Source of the DNA: Ginkgo biloba | Taxonomy: Eukaryota > Plantae > Ginkgophyta | DNA: 28,442 nucleotides | Reading direction: 5' to 3' | Assembly (NCBI GenBank): GCA_024626585.2 | Contig: JANKJI020000004.1 | Span: 77,799,559 to 77,828,000 of the forward strand | Shown: positions 11,389 through 22,829 of the stretch, in pieces | Position numbering within the stretch: position 1 is the stretch's first letter | Layout: the number at the start of each line of letters is the position of its first letter | The notes under the pieces: generated by a model | What the model was told of the DNA's origin: nothing | What the model saw: the letters and a program-made list of their open reading frames with translations, nothing else | The model's database searches: none | Made by a program: the position numbers and the translations under genes

Positions 11389-13832
11389 NNNNNNNNNNNN
11401 NNNNNNNNNNNNNNNTGCATTCTTCTTAGTTGCTAGTGCTAAAGGAAATTCTCCTCAATCAACAATCCTATCTCTGTCAAACTCAATTTCTTCCTCTAAG
11501 GGATCCTCTCTTTCATCTTCTAATGACTCCTCATCAACCTCATAATCTCTTCAACAATAGAATTGTAAGATCTTTCTGGAGTCTCTTCATCCTTATCTCC
11601 ACTATCTCTACTCTCTTCCCTTTTCGAGAATAATCTTTTCCATGCCCTAACTCCTCTTGCTCCATGATATCAAATGTGTTTTAGTGATTGGTAGAAGGTA
11701 TGCTTTGTTGCATCGTCTCCTCTTTCTCTCCCATCACATACAATGATAGGTTAAATTTGCAAGTTTGTTTTGTTGGCTTGGTGTCAAAGGCCCAATGCAT
11801 TTTAGTTGACATATACTAACACTAGTTATGCACTATCTTCTTCATAGTTAAGGCACAAATGATATAGGAAAATCCTTGCATCTTTTAATCCTATCTAACC
11901 TGCCATAAGTTGTGACTGCTTTGTCTTAACTTTGATCTTAATGCCTTGATCCCCAACCTTCCACTCCTCCGAGTCATTCATAGTACAAAGTTCCTAAATG
12001 AGGGATTTCTTTTCCTCTTTTGTTGCATTTGCCTTTGGCTTGACAACTTGCTCACTGGTCATGGGCAAAACCAACAATTAGAGATAATGTAGGAGATAGT
12101 TGGAGTTAATTTAGGAATTAGTTAGGAGTTAGTTTGCCTCTATCTAAAGATGTATTCTCCCATTGTGAAGGAGAGGTTTTTGCAAAGTAGTTTGTAAGGA
12201 TTGGATTAACGGCCAAGTGCAGTGCCCACTGCTTTTGGAGTATCTTAGGCCTAGGTTGGTATCCACACCTTCTCAGGAAAGTTATCTTATGTACTATCTT
12301 AATGTTATTGAATATNNNNNNNNNNNNNNNNNNNNNNNNNNNNNNNNNNNNNNNNNNNNNNNNNNNNNNNNNNNNNNNNNNNNNNNNNNNNNNNNNNNNN
12401 NNNNNNNNNNNNNNNAACTATGGTTACAAATTTTCCTATCTAGTGCAATCATCTTTTTCAACAATAAAAATTGAAGCTAAACCTAGGCCAAGGCCTTTAT
12501 TTGCATGCAATTAACCAATGATATATTAACTAATAGGAAGAAAACACTAGATTAACCCAAAAAGTTTGCATGTGCAAAATAAAAGAGATATGTGATTGGT
12601 GGATACTTGCATCAAATCGCTATTTGTACAAAAAATAAAGTGCACAAGCAACTTCGAGAAGACACGACTNNNNNNNNNNATGCAAACTAGACTAATGTTA
12701 TGGCCTAAATGGCATGCATCTACTAGCACAATGTCTAGAGTCACTACAATTTATGATTATATCTTATCAATGTGTAAAGCTCCATGTTCCTTTCAAAAGG
12801 AGTGGTTGTGGGCCCATATATTCGAGATATTAAAAGGTTATGGCCATCTAAAGTTTGGCTAGCAGTTAAGTTGTTTTGCAAGCAAGTAATACCAACATGT
12901 TTACATCAGACACCTGTAAATCTAAAGTTGACAAACTGTCTTTTCTTTCTCATGTTTTTTTTATCCCAAAATTCCTTTCTATTGTGTTTTGTTCTTCTTT
13001 TTATCCTTTTTAAGGTAGGCTCCAATCCTTTTGTCATCTTTTATCAAAACCATAGAAAGAAGGTTAGTTGTAATATCTAAGTAAATTGGTTTGGAAGTGA
13101 TATGCAAGCATGCCTGACCTTTTGTACCAAACATATGGTGTTCAAGTGTGCTCGATAGTTGGTGTTCAATAGCTATGAAATATCAATCAATTTCAATCAA
13201 ATTTTTAGTTAATGTAGTTTCCATGCTTGAAGTTATTAATGCACTTTTGTTTACTATTTTTAGTTAATAGATTGTTGTCAAAATGTCTTACATTTTAGGC
13301 ATACAATAGTTTGGTCATAGTGTATAAGTTGCTTATTTCTTGCTTCTATTATCAGACTAGGTATACTAGATCAATAGTTTAGTTGTATTGACAAACAATA
13401 TTTTCTTTAAGCTAAGTTCTTGATACGTTTCATCATTTTTAAAGATTNNNNNNNNNNNNNNNNTGTAAAAGAGAAACTAACTATTTTATCCATAACTAGT
13501 CTTTAGTAATTTCCCTTGACTTAGAGTTGTTTGTTTCTATAGATTTATGTTTGCCACAAGATTTTTTTCAACACTTGCCCCCCCACCCACCAAGTTTTAG
13601 AGTAGATGCCAAAATTGGAGAATTATCATTTTGTTTACTACAAGGATATATTCATCTCATGTTTTTGTGAACTCTTGAGTNNNNNNNNNNNNNNNNNNNN
13701 NNNNNNNNNNNNNNNNNNNNNNNNNNNNNNNNNNNNNNNNNNNNNNNNNNNNNNNNNNNNNNNNNNNNNNNNNNNNNNNNTCAAAAAGGTGATATGACTT
13801 AAGGATACTAAATTATTTAGAATTAAACATTT

Positions 13833-15759
13833 TGTTAGGAATTAGGAATTATCAATGTAATAAGTGTTATTTTATGACACATTTGTATTATCTTATATAT
13901 TAGATTTAGGGTTTTTATGTAATGCATTGATTAGGTATGAAATTAGGTATGTAAGTTATTGGTATCTCACCTATTTATAGGGACCTTTATTCCATTTCCA
14001 AGTTGAATGAGAGTCTATCCATGTATTGATATTTAAATTAATGCAAGTTAGATTCCATACCCCCCAAATCTTCACATAGTATCAGAGTAGTGTGAAGAAG
14101 AATAAAACTTGATGTGAAGGAGAATGGAGCAGTGAATATGACGCATAAAAATGGATCATGTACTAGATCGAATATAAATAGAACCATATTCCTAAATAGA
14201 TAAAAAATAATTTTGTGTGAGGGTTTGGAGGAGAATGGAGAAGGAAATAGTAATTTTCATAGAATTAAAAGTTTGTTCAAATGGTTTAAATCCTACTTAC
14301 TAGAAGCAAGGTGGGATGAATCTACTAAGGAAAAGATAATGAAATTGCATTACTGGAGATGCCATTGATGGAGAATCAAATATTTTTGGAAGTAAGAGTC
14401 TCTTCGTCTTCTTATGACTTAATATTATTGTCTACCTCTTCATATTTTGTAAGCCTATGAAGGTTCTCCTTAAATTTAGTGAGGGATTAGAGGCACAAAA
14501 AAGACGTCGTTGTTTAAAGGCCTAGCACCAGGGATAAATCCCTATTCGAAAGTGAGAACGGGAACATACAAGAATTGTGTGCACGAGTCCCGTTCACCCA
14601 GCCATTGAGAGAGAGAGCTCGTGAGTGTTTTGAAGCCGTGAGAGGGAGCAGATCACAGCCGAAGAACGTAGCAGAAAGATGGAAGCCATTGCAGAGACAA
14701 AGAACATTGTCGCCGTTGGTAGAATCCCTCGAACGGGAAGAAGAAGGAATGTCGTCGCTTGAAAAAAAAAAACAAACGCCAAGAAAAATTACGTTGTGGC
14801 GAGAGAAACCAATGATGAGGATGCGTCGGAAGGGAAGACAACGGTTCGATTCCAACGTGATGAATTTGTAAAGAAACACAAACCCAAAAAATTCAGATTT
14901 AGGGCAAGATCTGGTGCGCATAGTCTGCCGTGAAGAATTTTTTAAAAATTTCGAAAATAATCTAAGTTTAACTATAGAAAATCTAAATTTATTAAAAAGG
15001 GTTAAACTTTTTAAAACTTAGGTCACATGGAGATCATAGGGACACATGGAAAGACTAAAAGAACTAAAAAGGGGCCAAAGAGATTTTTTGTTGCTTTTGA
15101 TGTAAATGGGCATTTTAAGCCCTAAAAAATTTACAAAAATGATTGAAGATGCACGAAGATGTGGTGAAGATGAAGTGTTGGTTAAAATGTACTGTAAGGT
15201 CCCCATAATAATAGTTATTAATATATAGCTTAGATTTCGCTTGTGTAAAGGGCTGAACGAAGTCGTACTAATAGGTTTGCAGACCAGGATATAATCTTAT
15301 GGATTCAAGTTTGTGTTTGGCTTGGGATAGGAGTCAAGTTATCCATAAAGGTCAGGTTGCCCATAAAGGGCAGTGCTACTGTAATATGCAAGGATATTCA
15401 CGTCATGGACAGAGTCGCCACATGTTGGTATATAGACACGCGAATGGAGGTGGCCATGGCCATAGGGTGGGCATTCTCACAAATCCCACAAAAGTTGCAA
15501 ACTGAATTCATTGACAGGTTATATGCATTGGTTGATATGATGCATGGTGGTTTGTTGAAAGAGACAAGTTAAACCATTGACAAATTAAGATCAAATTGAG
15601 ATAAATGATGTATGTTGTAAATGGGTACCTTATCAACTGTAAGATGCACAGTGGTAGGCAGGACCCATGTTTGTCATTAAGGGGGGATTTTAGGTAATGT
15701 CAACATCTTATCGTGACTGTAATTAGCATTAAGGGGGGATGTGAGGAATATTAATGTTA
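13833..15759 (+). mobile_element. Small non-autonomous LTR retrotransposon (copia-like structure), 3' LTR cut by a gap
   Basis: 5' LTR TGTTAGGAAT...TTCACA (13833-14076); PBS TAGTATCAGAGT (14077-14088, 2 mismatches to the tRNAiMet PBS TGGTATCAGAGC); PPT AAGGGGGGA (15731-15739); then TGTGAGGAATATTAATGTTA, resembling the 5' LTR start. No recognisable pol motifs in the ~1.65-kb interior. Confidence 0.75.
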
Positions 15760-15859
15760 NNNNNNNNNNNNNNNNNNNNNNNNNNNNNNNNNNNNNNNNN
15801 NNNNNNNNNNNNNNNNNNNNNNNNNNNNNNNNNNNNNNNNNNNNNNNNNNNNNNNNNNN

Positions 15860-18300
15860 CAAACTACCAATATGAAGAGATCCACAAAGAAATCCAACCC
15901 TAATTCTTAGGTTTAGCACTTTTATATTGATGTCATTGAAGATCTACATAGAATAAATATGACTAAACTCTAAAGATGTCTTATGCAATGATGTTGCTGA
16001 GAATGAGTACATAAGAACTTCACAGATACTTGAGTTTTGATGTCTGGAGAGAGGTATGAAGTACACTTTATACTAAGACAAAATTCAACCTCACAATCCA
16101 ATGCATCATGAAAAGCTTCAAATTGAAATAAACTTCATGCTGTTGAAGAATATTCTCATAGTAGAGTTGCTATGTAAAGACATTTTGAGCAATCTGACAT
16201 TGTAGCCACATGATGTCCGGCATTTACTAGAAAAGTATGATGAGGTTGATATCTATTCTTCTTTGAAACTAGTGTACATGATACAATTGAACAAAACAAA
16301 TCTGAACAACTAGATTATGGAAACAGAATACATGTACAATCTACTTAAGGATTGATATCCCTTGAATCCAACATGGTTTGCCAATTTATAATCTTCAGAC
16401 CCGATAGAAATGCAATTGACTAGCAAAGATGCCTTTACTCCAGTCCATATGAAAATATGGGTTCTCAATAGAAAGAGGAGAAAGTTCCAAAAATTTGTTT
16501 GAAGAGGATAGTCCATTGTTGAACTCTACAAGTGGAGATAAAAGATTAAAGTTGTTAATAAATGAGTCACGATTAAGAACCACATGATTTAAGGCCCAAG
16601 GGTATGAGTATCATAGGTCCCTAGGGAAAGAAAGACTGTTATTAAGTCATCTGTCCATTCATTTTTTTCTTGTTAAAATGAGTATGGCGATGACCTTGTA
16701 GACTTCAAGTTGAGCATTGAATTGGTTAGGCCCTGGAGTGTGGAAACTATTTTCCCCCAAAGTATGACTTATTATAATGTTGTAATTACTATTATCTAGT
16801 TTGATGCCCAAGTGTTAAAAGTTTGAAATGTAGAGGCCATACTGGGTTAGTATTATCATGTAATAAGTTCCAAAAACTTAATTCTTTGAACCTTGATAAT
16901 CCAATTTCTTGACTTTCAATGAAGGATGGCATTCCTTGTGGGAATTGTGATAGGAGAGTATATGACGTGCTTTCCCCAAGAAAACATTGATTTTCTCATC
17001 TAATGATAACAGATTGACTGTTTCATCATCCAATGATAAGAGATTGATTGTTTCATCATTCAATGATAAGAGATTGATTGTTTGCAAGAATCAGTTTCCG
17101 TAACTTAGGGAACCCCTGTAATAATATGTTTATTTTTGTCCCTTACCTATCTGATATGGACCCACTGTGGAGATGAGGTCAATTTTGGTTTGTATGTCAG
17201 ATTGACTAAAATGCTTAATAAATTGACTTCTCTCTTCAGTATGAAAGGGGCTCCATATTACCCCATTGTGGTGTGGTGTGTCTGATGGCATTCCATATCA
17301 CCTAGAGAAGTTCCTTTCCACATCCCATATTTCCTCTTAGTTATCAGGATTGTCTAGGAGTTCTTGGTTATCAACTGCAGGGGCCTCCATAGAAGTTTTT
17401 AAAATGGTGTTGGAAGACCTAACCCTTTATTCTGTTTTACCTTACAGTGAAATCTCTCTGAAGTATCTTCTTGTCTCCTGTCTAATCTCTGGTTGACTTA
17501 ATTGAATTCTGTCATCTTCGATTGTGATTGAACATATTCTATGGACACTAGCTCTAGGCTCAATTACTCCCTGGTAGAAACATGCATTCCGGTCCCCTTC
17601 TACTGCCCATTCAGCCTTTTCTCTGTCTTTGTCTAATGAAAAAAATTCCATCTTAACTATTAATCTTGTCTGATAGGAATTGGATATATTCATAAGCTTG
17701 CTAACTCCAACAATCTTCAATTTGACGTTCGAGTTGATTACGGTCATATCTTATTGTGAGCTTTCCCAACTAACTTGTTTATAGAGTTCTTCCATGTGTT
17801 CCATCAAGAAAATCCAGTTTTTTGTTTTCTTTGTCAAGATCTAGTTTGTCAACCAAGTCTTTTTATGTCTCCTCTACTCTCTTCTTTATTGTTTCTTTCT
17901 TCAAAAGAGACAATTCTGGTCTAAAGGGAACATGTTTTAAATTTCTAAAAGGAGAACAGAACAATTAATATTGGGATGTAATTTGATATTTAACCCTGCG
18001 ATTTTTGTGAATGGACATAGACATACTTTTACATAGTTGCTCCAAAAGATATCCTCTATCTAGCCTTCTGATCACTGAATTATTAATTCATTTGTGCTTG
18101 ATATTAATTCAATTCTGAAAGGTCCGGAGAGTCTTTTTTCGAATAGAAGGCATGCCTTTCAGATTTCTTTAATCTCTTCCTGTTTTCAGCAATTGTGAGA
18201 TTATCGTCCTTCATACAATTTAGATCTCCAGTAGGAATTAATTTATCTTTTTGTAGCTGCTTGACTAAGGATGCCAANNNNNNNNNNNNNNNNNNNTTCC
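15860..18300 (-). mobile_element. Decayed LINE (L1-like) ORF2 spanning post-endonuclease region and RT
   Basis: Ordered minus-strand motifs: PFRPE (~17920), WAVEGDRNACFYQ...HRICSI (~17530-17610), KLDYQG (K.D..KA-like, ~16900), LQG (RQG-like, ~16695) and WTDDL (YADD-like, ~16650). Many stops. Confidence 0.75.
16986..17083. repeat. 30-bp minisatellite, ~3.3 copies, inside the LINE RT
   Basis: Unit AGATTGATTGTTTCATCATCCAATGATAAG at 17011-17040 and 17041-17070, partial at 17071-17083, degenerate at 16986-17010. Confidence 0.9.
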
Positions 18301-18653
18301 GTCTGTATCTGAATTAGGAGTACTTATTTCAGCTTCAGAAGCAATGATGTGGTTTGGAAAATATTGTTGTATGATATCCTATATTATGAAGCAATTGAGT
18401 GTTCTCATTGGCTTTCATCCCTCATTCCCCAACCATTATTCATACTGACACTATCCATGTCTTGTAAATAGTTGGGACTGATTTCGTTCTTTTACTGGAT
18501 AGACAACCTATTAATTTAGTCTTTGTAAATTTTTTTTACACCTTGATGCAAAGAAAAGAAGAGCTTTTATGTGCTTTTATGTGCAGCTCTTTTTCTATAT
18601 TTTCGTCCAAAATAAATTAAAACTGTCCATGAAACCCACTTTGATGTGTTATG

Positions 18654-18900
18654 TTTTTTTTTTTTTTTTTAAACATGAAGAAGATATTTATATTACTGAG
18701 AGAAACCAGTTACACATAATGTCTGGCCAGAAACAAAATTAGGATCTGTTTCAAAGGTGAGACACCTGCCAAACTGCAAAAAAGACTCCAATCTGAGCAA
18801 TTGTTATTGCCTTCTATTGCAAGCTTTGACTAGACTAACTACTTTCAACTGGATTCCTAGAACCTCTAGATGAAAACCACAGAGTAAAACAAGATAGTCA
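18654..18900 (-). mobile_element. Probable 5'-truncated non-LTR retroelement 3' end with poly(A) tail
   Basis: Pure T17 at 18654-18670 followed by TATTTATATTA, i.e. an AT-rich signal and A-tail on the minus strand. No clear TSD; right boundary is a guess. Confidence 0.4.
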
Positions 18901-19293
18901 ATGTTATTCTTCCATAAACCTCATCTGGAGCTGATCTCATTGGTCCCTCCACTTCCCAAGGCATGTGCATCTGAATAAACTGTTTTTGGTTACCATGGAT
19001 AAATAATTTTGTGTATTTTTTTCTTTGTAGGGATAAACTTTGATGAGCTGTGTCGAAATTTATTTAATAGGTTTTGGTTATTGCGGATAGAGGAATTTTT
19101 CTCTTTCTTTGTAGGGATAAATATTTGGTCTTTTACAAAATCCATGGTTTTGGACATGACTTCAAGCAGGCTTTAGTACTCTTGAGTATAGGTTGCTGCA
19201 TCATTAATCCATGTCATATGTTTTTGAACCTTAACCTCCCTATTCTTGACTTGGTCATTAAGAAATCTTATTGGATTTTCACATTTGTGGCAG

Positions 19294-19335
19294 GTTATGT
19301 GAGGGGGGAGAGCTGCTTGACCGAATATTGGCCAA
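19294..19335 (+). CDS. 42-nt internal microexon of a calcium-dependent protein kinase (CDPK group IV, CPK16/18/28-like, or CDPK-related kinase CRK); kinase subdomain V
   Basis: ttttcacatttgtggcAG | G TTA TGT GAG GGG GGA GAG CTG CTT GAC CGA ATA TTG GCC AA | GTAAGA encodes (E)LCEGGELLDRILA(K). Canonical acceptor and donor, phase 2-2, no disablement. ELLDRILAK fits group IV CPKs/CRKs rather than the ELFDRI of other CPK groups. Confidence 0.93.
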
Positions 19336-19679
19336 GTAAGAGTGCATAGCTCTTCCTTAATTTTCACTCTGTCACATAGTTTACAAGCTGTAAAATTTTG
19401 GGACACTGACTACGTAGCTTGATAGCAGCCATGATTACTTTGAAGCTTGAACCCCTAGAATGTTAGTAAGTGGGTTGTATTATGGGTTTGGGTTTATGCA
19501 TTGTTCATGGTCGTACATGTGTATATTTTCCTCCTCACATGCATTGAAATTTTATCAGTGCCCATGAGAATATTCAATAACTGCTCTGTGGGACCTTGTG
19601 TCGCTACACAGTACATTGTTTTGAATTGAAAAATACAGCAACTTAAATTCTGAAAATGTGAGTCCAATTCATCTGGGCT

Positions 19680-20521
19680 ACTTTTTAGAGGCTTCACCAA
19701 AATAAAAAACACAATAAAACATTGAAAAATCATCTTAAGCACCTAAAATAGTGATGCCATGGTCATGTGGGCTTAACTCCAATGACCAAGGGCTTACAAA
19801 AATTAAATTAACTTATAGCTTTTGACTTTAGGGACAATTTTTTTTGAAAAAAATTGCAATCGGCCACGGCGGCCTGCGCGTCGCCCGTCTTCGTTGTTCG
19901 CGGCCCATGGAGATCGTGGTGGCTTGGGCAATATCATGGGGGGTCAGGGAAGGTTTTAGAGGATAGGGGAGGGTTTTCCAAAGGCATGGAGAAGGTGGGA
20001 GGACTGTAATAGTTCGTGGGAAGTCAAAGAAGAATGAAAAATGTCAAACAAATCTGTAAGAAAAAATACCAATGTTTTAGCTTCTTGAATCTCATGGCTT
20101 ATTTACTGAGGTCACCCAACACCTAGGGACACTTGGATGAGGTCACCCTACCTTTAAAAACCCTGTAGATCACAAAAATCAGATAATAATTATGTATAAC
20201 ACTATGAGTGGCCTAGGGTTTGAAAATAATAACTCAATTTTTGGGCTTCAAATGATTGTTTCTGGACCTAAAAAATGTAGTTAGAAAAGGTATGCCTATG
20301 GAAACCCTTTTCTAATTCTTGTAGATCTCCTCGATATCTTTGAAATGATAGCTCATTTTCTGAAAATGGATCTACGAGTGATGAGTAATGACCTCTGGAA
20401 GATGACTATGTCAAGTAATGACGAGAATTTGCCAAAAAATATATAGAGAGAGAGAGATAAAAAATCAGAGATCAAACTCAAAGACTTTTGAATTTTAGCT
20501 TGGACAACTCAGAGGCTAATA
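19680..20521. mobile_element. Unclassified, relatively young non-coding repeat (transposon terminal/subterminal-like)
   Basis: Abrupt CpG-rich patch CGGCCACGGCGGCCTGCGCGTCGCCCGTC (19861-19890) in an otherwise CpG-poor window, with flanking sequence reminiscent of transposon subterminal regions. No ORF; ends at a gap. Confidence 0.4.
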
Positions 20522-20731
20522 NNNNNNNNNNNNNNNNNNNNNNNNNNNNNNNNNNNNNNNNNNNNNNNNNNNNNNNNNNNNNNNNNNNNNNNNNNNNNNN
20601 NNNNNNNNNNNNNNNNNNNNNNNNNNNNNNNNNNNNNNNNNNNNNNNNNNNNNNNNNNNNNNNNNNNNNNNNNNNNNNNNNNNNNNNNNNNNNNNNNNNN
20701 NNNNNNNNNNNNNNNNNNNNNNNNNNNNNNN

Positions 20732-22150
20732 CTTCTTCCACACACTCTAAACAATTTGAATTTTAGGATTGGAGACCATCCACAAATAGATAAGCAAATA
20801 GGAATATAGGATATGTTGAGGACATCTATAGCACAAACGCAAACATTGGGATAAAAAACTTCCAATTGTTGACTTCTTATATAATAATAGTAAATATTCT
20901 TCCCCAAATGTGACTCCACTAAGAGTTATGTGTGGATATGATCCTGTACTTAAAATCACAATTCAAGAAACTGTTATGGAAAAATCTTCCCCATTGTCTC
21001 TCTTAATTTGAGATCAGAATGATTGCTAATCTCTCCAAGGCTTGGTGGAAAGATTGAACATGGAATGTCCAAGCCATGCCAAAGGTCCTTCATCCCATGT
21101 TTATTTTCTTCTTGAGCTTAATGACAATGTATTGCCAAATTGAACAATTAATCGGGTATATCTAGCTTTGATTTTTTATGGTGTAGAAGATTTGAAAGGA
21201 TCTCAAGAGCTCCCCTAGAGCTCCAAAATGCTATATTTTCTTAGTTTATGATTCAACATGGCTTAGCTACTAAGGAAATGTTCAAATTGGGGAGCAGTGA
21301 TAGCAAATGCCTAATGTGTGGGCAACTTGAGTATTTACATCTCTTCTAGTGGTGCCACTAGGCAAAACCACTCTAGAAATTGGTGCAAAAATTTGTAGCT
21401 CTCCTATTACATCACCCTTTTAGTTGTTTTTTTGCTTCCCTTGGTGACTTGGACCATTGCTCTGCAATTTCTATCAAACTTGGAATATTTTCAAGGTGGA
21501 GGTCTTGGTTTGGATATGGAATCCTAGAAATAAAGTTGCTTTTGGAGATCCTCTTCCTTTTTTGCGCTATATCTAATCATATTATTGCTACGATTTTGTC
21601 CAATTGTGCATTGCGAATCAAGGTTCAAGTTAAGAAAGTTCAACTAAATCTCACTCTCTTGTTTGCGCTAATCGACAAGTAGGGATTTGCGCCTTGTACT
21701 AATAATAGAGTTCCAAAGCTCTAGAAGTAGTAGTCAAAGTTAAGCCCTAGTACACGTAGGGGATCTTGAAATAAGCCTCCTTTTCTCCCTCTCATAAGTC
21801 TACCAATGTTGTTTGGGATGAAACCCTTTCTCTTTTCTTAGCTCTTTGTCCTAATAGGGAGAATATATGCAAAAAAGGATGGTCGGGAAAGTCGTTGGGA
21901 TGAGCCTAGGCTTGATGGTGTTGCTCTCCTTGTGTCATAATTTATTATATTGTGCTAGGCCTTAAAAGCCCAAATGTTGTTATGTGTATCTTGTCATGGA
22001 TTTTNNNNNNNNNNNNNNNNNNNNNNNNNNNNNNNNNNNNNNNNNNNNNNNNNNNNNNNNNNNNNNNNNNNNNNNNNNNNNNNNNNNNNNNNNTGTTGTA
22101 ATGTATGTAATTTTTCTTGTTAATATAATTGACTTTTTACAACAAAAAAA
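20732..22150 (+). mobile_element. Decayed LINE 3' portion with zf-RVT zinc knuckle and A-rich tail
   Basis: LATKEMFKLGSSDSKCLMCGQLEYLHLF*WCH*AK (~21262-21367) matches C..C...E...HLF..C..A; IWNPRNKVAF (~21515-21545) matches W.IW..RN...F; TAATATAAT...ACAACAAAAAAA at ~22121-22150 is a plausible tail. Confidence 0.75.
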
Positions 22151-22572
22151 GGCATTTATGTAGAAATTTTAATGGCTTTGTGGGTTTTGCTACAAGGTGC
22201 ATCGAGTTTTTTGTTACAACCTAGTCAACCCTAATCCAAGCCCAATCAAACTTGGTCAAAGGTCAATCAAAGTTGGTCAACAGGCTTGAAAAATCCTAAG
22301 AGAAGCTCTAATGAATTAATTAGGTTGAAGAAAGCCAAAATACCTTTATCAATGAAGAGGAAGTCTAAGAAAAGAGCTTAGCTTTGAAACAAGTAGGTTA
22401 ATCCTAAAGATGGCAGCTATTTATGATGGTGGGACCAAGGAACAAATTTGAAGACTTTAGTGCCCTTCAAANNNNNNNNNNNNNNNNNNNNNNNNNNNNN
22501 NNNNNNNNNNNNNNNNNNNNNNNNNNNNNNNNNNNNNNNNNNNNNNNNNNNNNNNNNNNNNNNNNNNNNNNC

Positions 22573-22820
22573 CTCTGCCAAGAAAAGAAGCATATCCATG
22601 CTACAACATCTGAGTATGTTATACTTGGAAACACCCTCTACAAGCAATCCTTTGATGGGGTACTCCTATGATTCCTTACCCCCGTTGAAGCACAAAAGGT
22701 TATCTGTGAATCTCACAGGAGCATATGCGGGGGGAATTATGGTGGAAAACCAACCGATCTCAAAATTATTCTCATGGGATACTATTGGCTTACCATCTTC
22801 AAATGCTACTTTTACTTGTG
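22573..22820 (+). mobile_element. Ty3/gypsy (non-chromovirus, Tat/Athila-like) integrase zinc-binding region relic
   Basis: EYVILGNTLYKQSFDGVLL*FLTPVEAQKVICESHRSICGGNYGGKPTDLKIILMGYYWLTIF matches LY.R..DG.LLRCL...EA...L.E.H.G.CGGH..G.....KI...GYYWPT. Confidence 0.88.
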
Positions 22821-22829
22821 TATCATAAG

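Noticed and set aside
13569-13590. Minus-strand PPT followed by TGTTG (another LTR start)
   Set aside because: Isolated junction between gaps; the element's extent cannot be defined.
14514-14921. Overlapping 135-aa and 98-aa ORFs as genes
   Set aside because: No recognisable domain; explained by locally higher GC inside the small LTR element.
19074-19349. 91-aa track ORF overlapping the kinase exon
   Set aside because: It is in a different frame from the kinase motif and is made mostly of intron-like T-rich sequence; the real unit is the 42-nt exon.
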